Part shown: piece by piece, positions 7,150 to 15,028 of the stretch
Layout: each line of letters opens with the position of its first letter
Position numbering within the stretch: the stretch's first letter is position 1
Assembly: GCA_030688545.1 (NCBI GenBank)
Contig: JAUYHT010000006.1
Coordinates: forward strand, 180,001-212,000
Reading direction: 5' to 3'
Length of the DNA stretch: 32,000 nucleotides
DNA from: Candidatus Iainarchaeum sp.
GTDB taxonomy: Archaea > Iainarchaeota > Iainarchaeia > Iainarchaeales > VGJJ01
The notes under the pieces: model-generated
What the model was told of the DNA's origin: nothing
Database searches by the model: none
The model's input: only the letters and a program-made list of their open reading frames with translations
Position numbers and translations under genes: made by a program

Positions 7150-9480
7150 ATGCCCCCTCGTTTCGCCGCGCGGCATGCTCCGGGCGCCCCTCCCTCTTCC
7201 CAGGCAGCGTTTCGCCCCCCCTCCATCGGCAAGATGTACCGTGACATCCCATCGGCATCGGATGCCCTATTCACCAAGGAAGACTTGTCCATTCCTCCTG
7301 AGCATTGGTTCCTCCGCTTCTGCCGGGACATGTATAAGCGGTTTCCCGGTTTCGGTGCCAATGCTAGTTTCACTCCCCCCTACCAGGAGGCCTTGGATTT
7401 TCTGGGTTGGAAACTGCGTCCGCACGAATTTGCAGCGGCCATCAAAGGGAGTGCCGTTCTCGTGATAGGCGGGGGTTTCATTCTCGCGGTTCTCCTTGGA
7501 CTGGTGTTTGGCACAACTATTGGTCCCCTCTTGGGAGTGGATCCCCTCATCACCATCATCTACCTCTTCATCCCCTTCATCCTCCTCGGTATTTTAGCCG
7601 CGCATGGGGTGCAATCCTTCCCCCTCAAGGAGGCCCAGCGCGAGCAGATGCGCGCCCTCACTTATGTTCCTGATATGGTGGGCTATATGATCATGTCCAT
7701 GAAACTCGTTCCCAATCTCGAGAAAGCCGTTGAGTTCGCGGCCGAACATGGAAAGGGACGCATTTCCTTTGAATTGAGGCGCATCATCTGGAATACGCAG
7801 TTGGGCATCTACAACACCATCGCCGAAGGATTGGATGATCTCGCTTACAAATGGGGAAAATATTCCACCGAATTCAAGCAGGCGTTGATGAATATTCGCG
7901 CGTCAGTATTGGAGAACACCGAGGCCAAGCGCTACCAATTGCTCGACAAGACCATGGAGGATGTCCTTGAAGGGGTGCAGGGAAAGATGGAGCAATATGC
8001 CCGCGAGCTTTCCCAACCGTCCACCGCCCTATTCTATATCGGTGTCCTCCTCCCCCTCATCCTCATCATCATTCTCCCGGTGGGAAGCGCCTTCTCGGGT
8101 TCCCCTTTGGCGCAGCCCTTCATCCTTTTCCTCATCTACAACATCGGCCTCCCTCTGTTAGTTATTTGGTTCGGGATGCAATTGCTGGCTACTCGCCCCC
8201 CCACGTATGTTCCCCCCACGATCCCGGATTCCTATCCGGGTCTTCCTCCCAAGAATATGGTAGAAGTGAACAAATCCCCCATGAACATTTGGGTGGTGGT
8301 TTTAGGCATCCTTCTCGTGGGGGGCGCTATTTCAGGTTACCTCCATTTCTATGGGTTGGGCCTCGGCGATCCCACGGAATCCGGGTCACTCTATTTCCTC
8401 CAGCCCGACAAGACATTGGAAACCGTTCTCTCGGGGGACCGGAAACCATTGGACTGGTTCGAGCCCGGGGGGTCGCGCGAACAGCAGCTAATTGAACAAG
8501 GGTTTTCAGCCGAGCGGGCCACGCAAATAGTCAGCACCGAGAAAGCCCGCTTTTTCGCCCAGGTCGAAAACGATGTCACCCCCACCAATCTTATTTTCGG
8601 TCTGCTCATCACGTTTTCGTTTGCCATTTCTTCTTTCGTGGAATTAACCACGAATGCCAAGCGGCGGATCCAGAAAAAATTCATGGTGATGGAATCCGAA
8701 TTCAAGGACTCATTGTACGTATTGGCCTCCCGCCTCGGGGAAAATAAACCCATCGAGGACGCCCTCCGCCATACGCAGACTTTTCTCCCCAACAATTCCG
8801 TTTCCCAAGAGGTTTTCGGCAAAACGGTGGACAACATTCACGTTTTAGGAATGCCCCTCGAGGCCGCGGTGTTCGACCCCGCCTACGGGAGTTTGAAACA
8901 CAATCCCTCCCGCATGATCACCACCTCGATGAAGATTGCCATCGATTCGGTGCAGTTGGGAGTGGGAGTCGCGGCCCGGACGCTTGTATCATTATCCCGA
9001 CAACTTGCCAATTCCGAGCGCGTGAGCAAGATGCTCACCATTTTGATTAAAGACATCACGGGCACCATGAAGTTGGTTTCGGTGTATATTGCCCCCATCG
9101 TTTTGGGCATCACCACGTCCCTCCAGAGAATCGTGGTCGTTACGCTCGTCAGTATCAACGCCACCTCCGCCGAATCCCAACCCCCTCCCAATCTCGCGGG
9201 AAGCATCCCGGGGTTCGACAGCTTCGGCTCGACGGACATAACCTCTTTTATCAAGCCGGACGTCATCGCCTCACTGGCAACACCGGGGGATTTCATGATC
9301 ATCGTGGCAGTATATGTCATCGAACTGGTGCTCATCATGAACTATTTCATCACCCTCATAGAGGAGAACAATGAACTCTCCGCCCGGCGCCACGCGGCCC
9401 GCGCCCTCCCCATCGCAGTCATCCTCTTCGTGGCGAGCGCCATCCTGTCCAATATATTAGTGGCCGGTAACTTCGGCTAA
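7150..9480 (+). CDS. Type IV pilus/archaellum assembly platform membrane protein (FlaJ/TadC/PilC-like), 776 aa
   Basis: Two T2SS-F-like cytoplasmic helical domains (..YVPDMVGYMIMSMKLVPNLEKAVEFAAEHGKG.. and ..FKDSLYVLASRLGENKPIEDALRHT..) are each followed by TM helices. A Pro-rich insert (TRPPTYVPPTIPDSYPGLPP) and an extra-membrane segment lie between them. The gene follows the ATPase directly. Confidence 0.85.
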   Translation: MPPRFAARHAPGAPPSSQAAFRPPSIGKMYRDIPSASDALFTKEDLSIPPEHWFLRFCRDMYKRFPGFGANASFTPPYQEALDFLGWKLRPHEFAAAIKGSAVLVIGGGFILAVLLGLVFGTTIGPLLGVDPLITIIYLFIPFILLGILAAHGVQSFPLKEAQREQMRALTYVPDMVGYMIMSMKLVPNLEKAVEFAAEHGKGRISFELRRIIWNTQLGIYNTIAEGLDDLAYKWGKYSTEFKQALMNIRASVLENTEAKRYQLLDKTMEDVLEGVQGKMEQYARELSQPSTALFYIGVLLPLILIIILPVGSAFSGSPLAQPFILFLIYNIGLPLLVIWFGMQLLATRPPTYVPPTIPDSYPGLPPKNMVEVNKSPMNIWVVVLGILLVGGAISGYLHFYGLGLGDPTESGSLYFLQPDKTLETVLSGDRKPLDWFEPGGSREQQLIEQGFSAERATQIVSTEKARFFAQVENDVTPTNLIFGLLITFSFAISSFVELTTNAKRRIQKKFMVMESEFKDSLYVLASRLGENKPIEDALRHTQTFLPNNSVSQEVFGKTVDNIHVLGMPLEAAVFDPAYGSLKHNPSRMITTSMKIAIDSVQLGVGVAARTLVSLSRQLANSERVSKMLTILIKDITGTMKLVSVYIAPIVLGITTSLQRIVVVTLVSINATSAESQPPPNLAGSIPGFDSFGSTDITSFIKPDVIASLATPGDFMIIVAVYVIELVLIMNYFITLIEENNELSARRHAARALPIAVILFVASAILSNILVAGNFG

Positions 9481-9501
9481 AACTTTTTGGGAAAAAGTTT
9501 T
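9479..9501. terminator. Palindromic T5 hairpin AAAACTTTTT-GGG-AAAAAGTTTT overlapping the platform stop codon
   Basis: Perfect 10-bp stem with a T5 run on both strands. Oligo-T is the archaeal termination signal. Confidence 0.45.
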
Positions 9502-9678
9502 ATCAAAAAACGAAAAAAAAGAAGGAAAAATGTTTACCAAAAAAAAGGAAGATGCGTGAAAATGCGACCCCGATATCCGTCGACCAATTGGAATACCATA
9601 AATAAAAAGTTTCCTTCATCCGTCAAGAGTACGAAAAGGAATCCAACCAAAACTCCCACATTACCCCACGGCCGAATA

Positions 9679-10152
9679 ATGGGTAACCGGGGGCAAGCCT
9701 TCGAGGCGTACCGCGTGCTCATCGCCGGGGTCATTACCCTCGCGGTGCTCGTGATCATCTTCGGCGCGCTGGGCTATTTCGAATCCCTTCGAGAGGACGC
9801 GAGCTATGAGACGCTGTACACGAGCTGGAAATCCGCCGTGGATTCCCCCAATGGAAAAGTAATCATCGCCTCCAAGCTTGCCTTCACCCAAGGCACTATT
9901 TTCTCCCGCCCTCAATTCGCCAGGCAAGTGAACCTTGAGAACGCATGCATCGCCTTGGAAGCGGAGTCTGCGGCCGGTTATCTTCTCAACGATACCAATC
10001 CCGATGCCCCTTTCATCCAGGTTTCGGGGAATATCCTGGGAAACGTGTATATGCAGTGCCGCCCCGACAATTTCATCTTTACTGACCCCCAGGTGGGATG
10101 CTACGTGTACTGCCTCCTCTCCTTCGGTAAGCCTCTGGCGAATACCCCCTAA
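9679..10152 (+). CDS. Type IV pilin-like protein with class III signal peptide (157 aa)
   Basis: MGNRGQAFEAYRVLIAGVITLAVLVIIFGALGYF has a short basic n-region, an RGQ processing motif and a hydrophobic helix. There are four Cys in the globular part. The track's upstream extension (from 9487) is a Lys-rich translation of an A-rich leader. Confidence 0.65.
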   Translation: MGNRGQAFEAYRVLIAGVITLAVLVIIFGALGYFESLREDASYETLYTSWKSAVDSPNGKVIIASKLAFTQGTIFSRPQFARQVNLENACIALEAESAAGYLLNDTNPDAPFIQVSGNILGNVYMQCRPDNFIFTDPQVGCYVYCLLSFGKPLANTP

Positions 10153-10227
10153 ACGCTGGGTATTCCCCTCTCCCCGGCGGCAACCTTTTTATAGCCAAAA
10201 ACGATGGAAAAGCAGGTGATTGGAGAT

Positions 10228-10746
10228 ATGAATTCCCGAGGACAAACTTTTTCGACGTTTCAGTTGCTTATTTCCGCCATCGTGGCCCTGGCCATTTTGG
10301 TGTTGCTTCTTAATATCCTGGATATAATTCCAAAGCAAGACCAGCAAGTTTCAGTCGAGGCCACTAATCTGATTAAGAGCCAAAATAGTCGCCCCTCTGA
10401 ACTGCGGACCTCATCGAATAAAGTAGTGGTAAAGACCGGTGATTCCCTCAATGCGAAATCGCTCGCGAACCAGTCAGGCTCTCTCACAGAGGAGCAATTA
10501 TGTATTTCAAAAGGAGACTTCGCGAACGTCGATGATTTTGCATTCACAGATGCAGATGGAACCATTCTTCGGTTCAATGGTTCCCAGTTGAGCATAAAGA
10601 TTTCAGTGATTTGCGACACGGGTTCGGAGTTGGAGGGAGATTTACTAACCAACGGAATTTCAGATAACTGGATGGATAGCCCCCAGTGCCAGGATGTTGC
10701 CCAGCTACAACAACAAGGATGTATTGTCGCGTTGCGCTACGCATAA
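10228..10746 (+). CDS. Type IV pilin-like protein with class III signal peptide (172 aa), paralog 1
   Basis: MNSRGQTFSTFQLLISAIVALAILVLLLNIL. GGAG lies 5 nt upstream of ATG 10228. Four conserved Cys are shared with the next gene. Confidence 0.8.
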   Translation: MNSRGQTFSTFQLLISAIVALAILVLLLNILDIIPKQDQQVSVEATNLIKSQNSRPSELRTSSNKVVVKTGDSLNAKSLANQSGSLTEEQLCISKGDFANVDDFAFTDADGTILRFNGSQLSIKISVICDTGSELEGDLLTNGISDNWMDSPQCQDVAQLQQQGCIVALRYA

Positions 10747-10764
10747 TAAAACGAAAGGAGTGAT

Positions 10765-11292
10765 ATGATTATGAATTTCCGAGGACAAGCCTTTTCGACA
10801 TTCCAATTGCTCATCGCGGCCGTGGTGGCGCTCGCCATCTTGGTATTGCTTCTGAATATCATCGGTAGCCTCCCCTTCCTGAGCACCCAAAAACCGTCCA
10901 CTGAATCAGTGAATCTGATCAAATCCCAGGTGAATGAACCCGGGGCCCTACGCACGAGCAACCGTCTCATTTTCGTGAGGGACGATTCCCTGAATACGCG
11001 CGCCATCGCATCTTCTTCAGGAATCCTTACCGAAGCCCAATTGTGTATCTCCAAGGGCGACCATGAAGATACAAGTGAATTCGAGTTCACATCCATCACG
11101 GAAGGGGATGTCCTCCGCTACAATGGCTCCCAATTAGGAGTGAAGATATCCGTCCTCTGCGACACGGGCACCGAACTCCAGGATGATCTCCTCAACAATG
11201 GGATTGATGAGGACTGGTTGGGGAATGAAAAGTGCTCGGACATCTCCCAATTGAACCAAACCGCCTGCGTCATCGTGCTTCGCTTCGCCTGA
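10765..11292 (+). CDS. Type IV pilin-like protein with class III signal peptide, paralog 2 (tandem duplicate)
   Basis: M(IM)NFRGQAFSTFQLLIAAVVALAILVLLLNII. AGGAG lies upstream, and ATG 10771 is equally possible. It is collinear with 10228-10746 (..LTE.QLCISKGD..NGSQL..KISV.CDTG.EL..DLL.NGI..). Confidence 0.8.
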   Translation: MIMNFRGQAFSTFQLLIAAVVALAILVLLLNIIGSLPFLSTQKPSTESVNLIKSQVNEPGALRTSNRLIFVRDDSLNTRAIASSSGILTEAQLCISKGDHEDTSEFEFTSITEGDVLRYNGSQLGVKISVLCDTGTELQDDLLNNGIDEDWLGNEKCSDISQLNQTACVIVLRFA

Positions 11293-11349
11293 CCGCTTTC
11301 GAGCGGTCGTCCCGATGGACGTGGGAGGTCGTTGACCTCCCAGCGGCCG
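11291..11349 (+). repeat. tRNA-like module A5 (59 nt), first half of dimeric element E2; starts inside the pilin stop codon
   Basis: GACCGCTTTCGAGCGGTCGTCCCGATGGACGTGGGAGGTCGTTGACCTCCCAGCGGCCG aligns to A1 without gaps. Paired substitutions keep the 5' hairpin intact (GACCGC/GCGGTC versus GGCCG/CGGCC). Confidence 0.6.
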
Positions 11350-11368
11350 AAATGATTTGTGTTCTAAT

Positions 11369-11390
11369 GGCCGTTTCGTCCAGCGGCACG
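11369..11390 (+). repeat. Fragment A6 resembling the 5' 22 nt of tRNA-Asp
   Basis: GGCCGTTTCGTCCAGCGGCACG versus tRNA-Asp GCCCGTTTCGTCTAGCGGTAGG gives 18 of 22 identical by eye. Confidence 0.5.
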
Positions 11391-11398
11391 CTTTCGAT

Positions 11399-11457
11399 GG
11401 CCGTTTTCGTCCGGCCGCCCCGAGGGACGAAGGAGGGTTACACCCTCCCGGCGGCCT
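11399..11457 (+). repeat. tRNA-like module A7 (59 nt), second half of dimeric element E2
   Basis: GGCCGTTTTCGTCCGGCCGCCCCGAGGGACG core, inner hairpin GGAGGGT-TAC-ACCCTCC, and 3' GGCGGCC closing on GGCCGTT. Confidence 0.6.
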
Positions 11458-11548
11458 TAATATTCAGTTTAATCCGGAGCCACGCGTCCTATTCGAATGG
11501 CAGAACCAAAAAAGAAGTCTTTAATTTCCCGTCAAGCCCCATAAACGC

Positions 11549-11555
11549 TTAATAA
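11549..11555 (+). promoter_or_regulatory. TATA-like box (ttaataa) for the small class III signal-peptide ORF
   Basis: Centre lies ~25 nt upstream of ATG 11577, the same leaderless spacing seen at other genes here. Confidence 0.4.
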
Positions 11556-11576
11556 CTCTGGTTCCGGTGTCAACGC

Positions 11577-11741
11577 ATGAAAAGGTCCCTTTGGGAAGAT
11601 AACATCGGCCAGGGCGAATTCAATTCCCTATACATGATTCTCATCCTCGTCATCGCCGCCCTACTCCTGATCACCGTAGTAAAACCCATGTTCCGACAAT
11701 CCCAGGGACTTTCCACTAAAACCCCTGTCGTGGGTAGCTGA
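11577..11741 (+). CDS. Small class III signal-peptide protein (54 aa), putative minor pilin
   Basis: Below the 60-aa cutoff of the ORF track. Own translation: MKRSLWEDNIGQGEFNSLYMILILVIAALLLITVVKPMFRQSQGLSTKTPVVGS. The GQGEF + hydrophobic helix resembles the archaeal 'Class III signal peptide' family (PF04021-like). Confidence 0.5.
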   Translation: MKRSLWEDNIGQGEFNSLYMILILVIAALLLITVVKPMFRQSQGLSTKTPVVGS

Positions 11742-11789
11742 CCGGCATTTTCCGAAACCTATTTAGTGACCAGATTCCTCCATTTCATC

Positions 11790-12386
11790 ATGCCCGGAAA
11801 GAATCACCCCCTCCCAGTCCCGCCTCCGAGGGTCAGGAGACCCATGCCTACTGTCAAAAATAGAGTTGCCGCAGGGCTCGCCGCCATTGGATTGGGATTA
11901 TTTGCCGGCAGGATGACTTATAGCTATTCCCACGGTAAGTCATTCCACGTCCATTCCAGAGCAATGCAAGCCAGGATAGACCGACACCAAAATCCGACCC
12001 TCCATGATCTGATGCAGGTTTTGAGCAAGCCCGATGCGGATCGAATCGCCGCGTTGTCCGCGTCGCTTTACTTAAAAGCCCAGAAAGATTCAGCCTTGAT
12101 GAATAAAATGGCGAAGCAGGCCACCGAGACAGGAAAATACGACGTCAACCAACTCCCCCTCGACACGATCACATCTTTTTTCACCCCGGCCCAGCAGAGC
12201 GAGTTATCGAAATTAGCCGAAAATTATCCGACGGAACTTGTTAATTGGTCTAAGATTCATTTCCCCAAGCTGATCCAGAAGAGCAGGAAACGGGCGCGAG
12301 ACACCGGAGTCGCCGTCGGGATAATGGTAGGATTATTAGGTTTGGCGATTATCGATGGGGTGTTATCCCAACGAACAGAGAAATAA
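11790..12386 (+). CDS. Hypothetical protein with hydrophobic segments near both termini
   Basis: ATG 11790 sits ~27 nt downstream of TATA-like ctatttag (11759-11766). The track start GTG 11766 is less likely. No family recognised. Confidence 0.45.
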   Translation: MPGKNHPLPVPPPRVRRPMPTVKNRVAAGLAAIGLGLFAGRMTYSYSHGKSFHVHSRAMQARIDRHQNPTLHDLMQVLSKPDADRIAALSASLYLKAQKDSALMNKMAKQATETGKYDVNQLPLDTITSFFTPAQQSELSKLAENYPTELVNWSKIHFPKLIQKSRKRARDTGVAVGIMVGLLGLAIIDGVLSQRTEK

Positions 12387-12461
12387 TTCTCCTTCGACCT
12401 AACTACAGTTTTGGTATCTCATACTAATGATAATAGGATCTTTTCAAACTAAATGTCCGGA

Positions 12462-12977
12462 TCATTTCAGCATGTCCGCGGTGGCCGCGCCGATATTGGC
12501 GAACAATCCCACCATGACGATGAGCTTGGCTGCCCCCAGGATGGATGAGGTTTGCGTGGTGATAACCCCAAGGATGAAGAGCATGATGGCCGTCACGATG
12601 TAAGACACAAGGATCAATGAGAATATGCGGGTGGGAATAATTCCCAAAATCATTTCGTGCTCCACCACCTGGAATTTGGTGAAATAGAGGAGGAGGATGT
12701 TGAATGCCATAGTGGCGGCCACGATGGCGAGCATCTGCAATAAATCAAGCGTCTGGGAAAGCGTCCACACCTCCACCGACACCACAAGAGGCGCGCTCAG
12801 GATCATGGCGCCCACTATCTGCTGGGCGAGGTCATCCCGTACAAACCGGTCGGGGAGCTTCCGGGCCACCTTCTCATGAAGCACGCGAAGGATGCTCCGC
12901 TGTCCCTTTCGAATCTCGGATATTTCCTGCCGGAGCGCGAGCATTCGGTTGTCGGAAATAGATTTTCCTTTGGGCAT
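12462..12977 (-). CDS. Integral membrane protein, DUF2391-like
   Basis: A basic helical N-terminus precedes DLAQQIVGAMILSAPLVVSVEVWTL.. and ~4 TM helices. The family call is from memory of the DUF2391 motif and is tentative. Confidence 0.5.
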   Translation of the reverse strand: MPKGKSISDNRMLALRQEISEIRKGQRSILRVLHEKVARKLPDRFVRDDLAQQIVGAMILSAPLVVSVEVWTLSQTLDLLQMLAIVAATMAFNILLLYFTKFQVVEHEMILGIIPTRIFSLILVSYIVTAIMLFILGVITTQTSSILGAAKLIVMVGLFANIGAATADMLK

Positions 12978-13033
12978 CCTTGGATTGGGGGGAAAGGGCG
13001 CTTTTTAATCCTTATATGCCACTCCCCTCAATT

Positions 13034-13501
13034 TCAATGCCCTTTCTCTGGGGCGAACGCACCCAGGTAATGGAGTGTGAATAGGATGAGACCGATGGAT
13101 AACAAATTCAACCAAACCGTGTTTTGCCCGATGAAGGCGATGGCCCCCACCGGAAGGAAGAAAGCTCCCAGACTGGCGCAGGCGGGGCATTGCGCCACGA
13201 GAAAAATACCCAGTGTCCCCACCCCACTAATCCCACTTCCCGTGACCTTTTGAGGGAGCGCACACGCTTTAGGTTGCCGCCACAGGTATATTTGGTAGGC
13301 GAATGTTATTCCAAAGAGGACAACGAAAACCCCCAGCAAAAAAGCGTGGAGCAAGGGTACATTGTTCATCCAGATGTCCAGGTTTTCCCCCACGAACTGG
13401 ACCTGGGACAGCAAATAGATCCCGAGCATGACCAAAGCCGAGATGACCGCAATGAGCACATAAACGGGCTTCCGCAATACGGTTTGAATTCGCATGGGCA
13501 T
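13034..13501 (-). CDS. Four-TM membrane protein with intramembrane CPAC motif
   Basis: ..GIFLVAQCPACASLGAFFL.., plus a further Cys in the loop (QPKACALP). No family recognised. Confidence 0.55.
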   Translation of the reverse strand: MPMRIQTVLRKPVYVLIAVISALVMLGIYLLSQVQFVGENLDIWMNNVPLLHAFLLGVFVVLFGITFAYQIYLWRQPKACALPQKVTGSGISGVGTLGIFLVAQCPACASLGAFFLPVGAIAFIGQNTVWLNLLSIGLILFTLHYLGAFAPEKGH

Positions 13502-13599
13502 ATGCCAAAAGAGTGAAAACCCGTTCTTAACTGTATTCCCTATTTCAATTTGATTTCGACAAAATCTGATTTGGAGCCCATTGACACCCAGAGCACATG

Positions 13600-13607
13600 T
13601 TTAAAAA
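13600..13607 (+). promoter_or_regulatory. TATA box (tttaaaaa)
   Basis: Centre lies ~26 nt upstream of ATG 13629. Confidence 0.5.
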
Positions 13608-13628
13608 CAAGTAAACGATCCCTCAGGA

Positions 13629-14921
13629 ATGTTGTCCAAAAAGGATTCCCAGAAAGAGTGGTTCCTAGTCGCCATCACCTTCATCCTCATAGCCTTGGTC
13701 GCGGTGGTAATGTTCCAGAATAACTCCACGGCAATGGTTACCCGCAATTACCAAGGGTCAGGTACCCAAGTGACTACCCCTTTAGGGGATATCCCCCCAC
13801 AATTAATGGAGGAGCCAGCCATCGCGACCATGATAGAACCCGATCTAGAATTGCACCTGATTCGTTGCCAGGATCCAAATTGCATTAATACACCGTCTAT
13901 AACGCCCCTCTTTTTGGGACTCGGCCCCTATGACCCTTTCAGGAGTATTAAATTACGAGATAACGGTAACCCGGTCATCCTCTATGATAAACCGGACAAC
14001 ACGGTGTTATTGGATTGCCATGACCCCTTATGCAATACATATACTCAAACCGACATTCCAGAAGTTCTCGGTCGCGATAATGTCAAGTCCTTCATCATTC
14101 CTTCCGACAATAAACCATTTATCGTCATTGGAGAACGAAGTGGAGCGTTTCCTCCAATTACATCCTTAAAAACAATCAAATGTGGGAATCCGACTTGTTC
14201 CTCTGGAAATGTGGTCACAACAATATACCAGATTATTTCATTGATCTATTTTCCTTCTGATATACAAATCGGTTCGGATGGATTCCCGCGGATTGTTTGG
14301 GTTAATCCATCCAGCGGCAGTGAGAATTCCTTAAGGTTTGTTCAATGTTTGAATAGTGCGTGTAGCTCCTTCCAAGAAAAAATTCTTGAGTCAGGTTCAC
14401 CATCGACCTTTTTAATTGAATATTCTTCGGTGGCGTTTGATACAACTTCAGATGGGATTCCAACCATTGTATATCTCGTGAGCAATTCATCGTTAACGAA
14501 TGCCGTCCGCATATTTAGTTGCCTTGATCCTGACTGCGCTAATGGTGGATCGGCGCAATCCCTCAATATTGAAGTGGATAGGAGAGCAAATATAATTATT
14601 CCAGAAGATGACTTACCAGTCATAACCTTTGGAACCCGAAACAGTAGCCCAAGAATGACGCTCATCAAATGTGGAGGTGCCGCATGCAACCCCCTTTTCA
14701 ACTCCAACCCCATCATTTTTGGCAACTACGTAAGGGGCCATGCGTCCCTCATCTCCCCTACGACGGGTTTACCCCTCATTTTTTATCAAATGCGACCGGC
14801 TCAACCCCCATATTCACTACAATTGCGCGTGGCCAGATGCCAGGATCCAGCTTGTACAACCAGGTCCGAATCCATCCTCGACGATAATACAACTATTTAT
14901 CGCATCGGTGCTGACAACTGA
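13629..14921 (+). CDS. Signal-anchored extracellular protein with seven C-x4-C repeats (propeller-like periodicity)
   Basis: An N-terminal TM (WFLVAITFILIALVAVVMF) is followed by CQDPNC, CHDPLC, CGNPTC, CLNSAC, CLDPDC, CGGAAC and CQDPAC at residues 80, 130, 185, 240, 298, 348 and 404. Each is preceded by a hydrophobic strand and followed by a DG.P.I.-type strand. Confidence 0.75.
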   Translation: MLSKKDSQKEWFLVAITFILIALVAVVMFQNNSTAMVTRNYQGSGTQVTTPLGDIPPQLMEEPAIATMIEPDLELHLIRCQDPNCINTPSITPLFLGLGPYDPFRSIKLRDNGNPVILYDKPDNTVLLDCHDPLCNTYTQTDIPEVLGRDNVKSFIIPSDNKPFIVIGERSGAFPPITSLKTIKCGNPTCSSGNVVTTIYQIISLIYFPSDIQIGSDGFPRIVWVNPSSGSENSLRFVQCLNSACSSFQEKILESGSPSTFLIEYSSVAFDTTSDGIPTIVYLVSNSSLTNAVRIFSCLDPDCANGGSAQSLNIEVDRRANIIIPEDDLPVITFGTRNSSPRMTLIKCGGAACNPLFNSNPIIFGNYVRGHASLISPTTGLPLIFYQMRPAQPPYSLQLRVARCQDPACTTRSESILDDNTTIYRIGADN

Positions 14922-14996
14922 AAAAAAGTTATCGAACCATCGAAAGGAAAAAAATTGGTTTACAAAATTGCCACACTCTTTTTTGATACTGGTAAG

Positions 14997-15003
14997 TTTA
15001 TAT
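14997..15003 (+). promoter_or_regulatory. TATA box (tttatat)
   Basis: Centre lies ~29 nt upstream of ATG 15029. Confidence 0.45.
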
Positions 15004-15028
15004 CCCCCTATTTCATTCATCCAGGTAT

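Noticed and set aside
9487-9678. Long N-terminal extension of pilin 1 in the track ORF (MGKSFIKKRKKRRKNVYQKK..)
   Set aside because: It is the Lys-rich translation of an A-rich leader that begins inside the terminator hairpin of the platform gene. A canonical class III signal (MGNRGQ/AFE) starts at ATG 9679. The exact start remains uncertain because no TATA sits at the usual distance.
11232-11552. Track ORF of 106 aa spanning the pilin 3' end and the repeat element
   Set aside because: It overlaps the well-supported pilin frame and then translates the hairpin modules. It has no start context and no protein-like composition.
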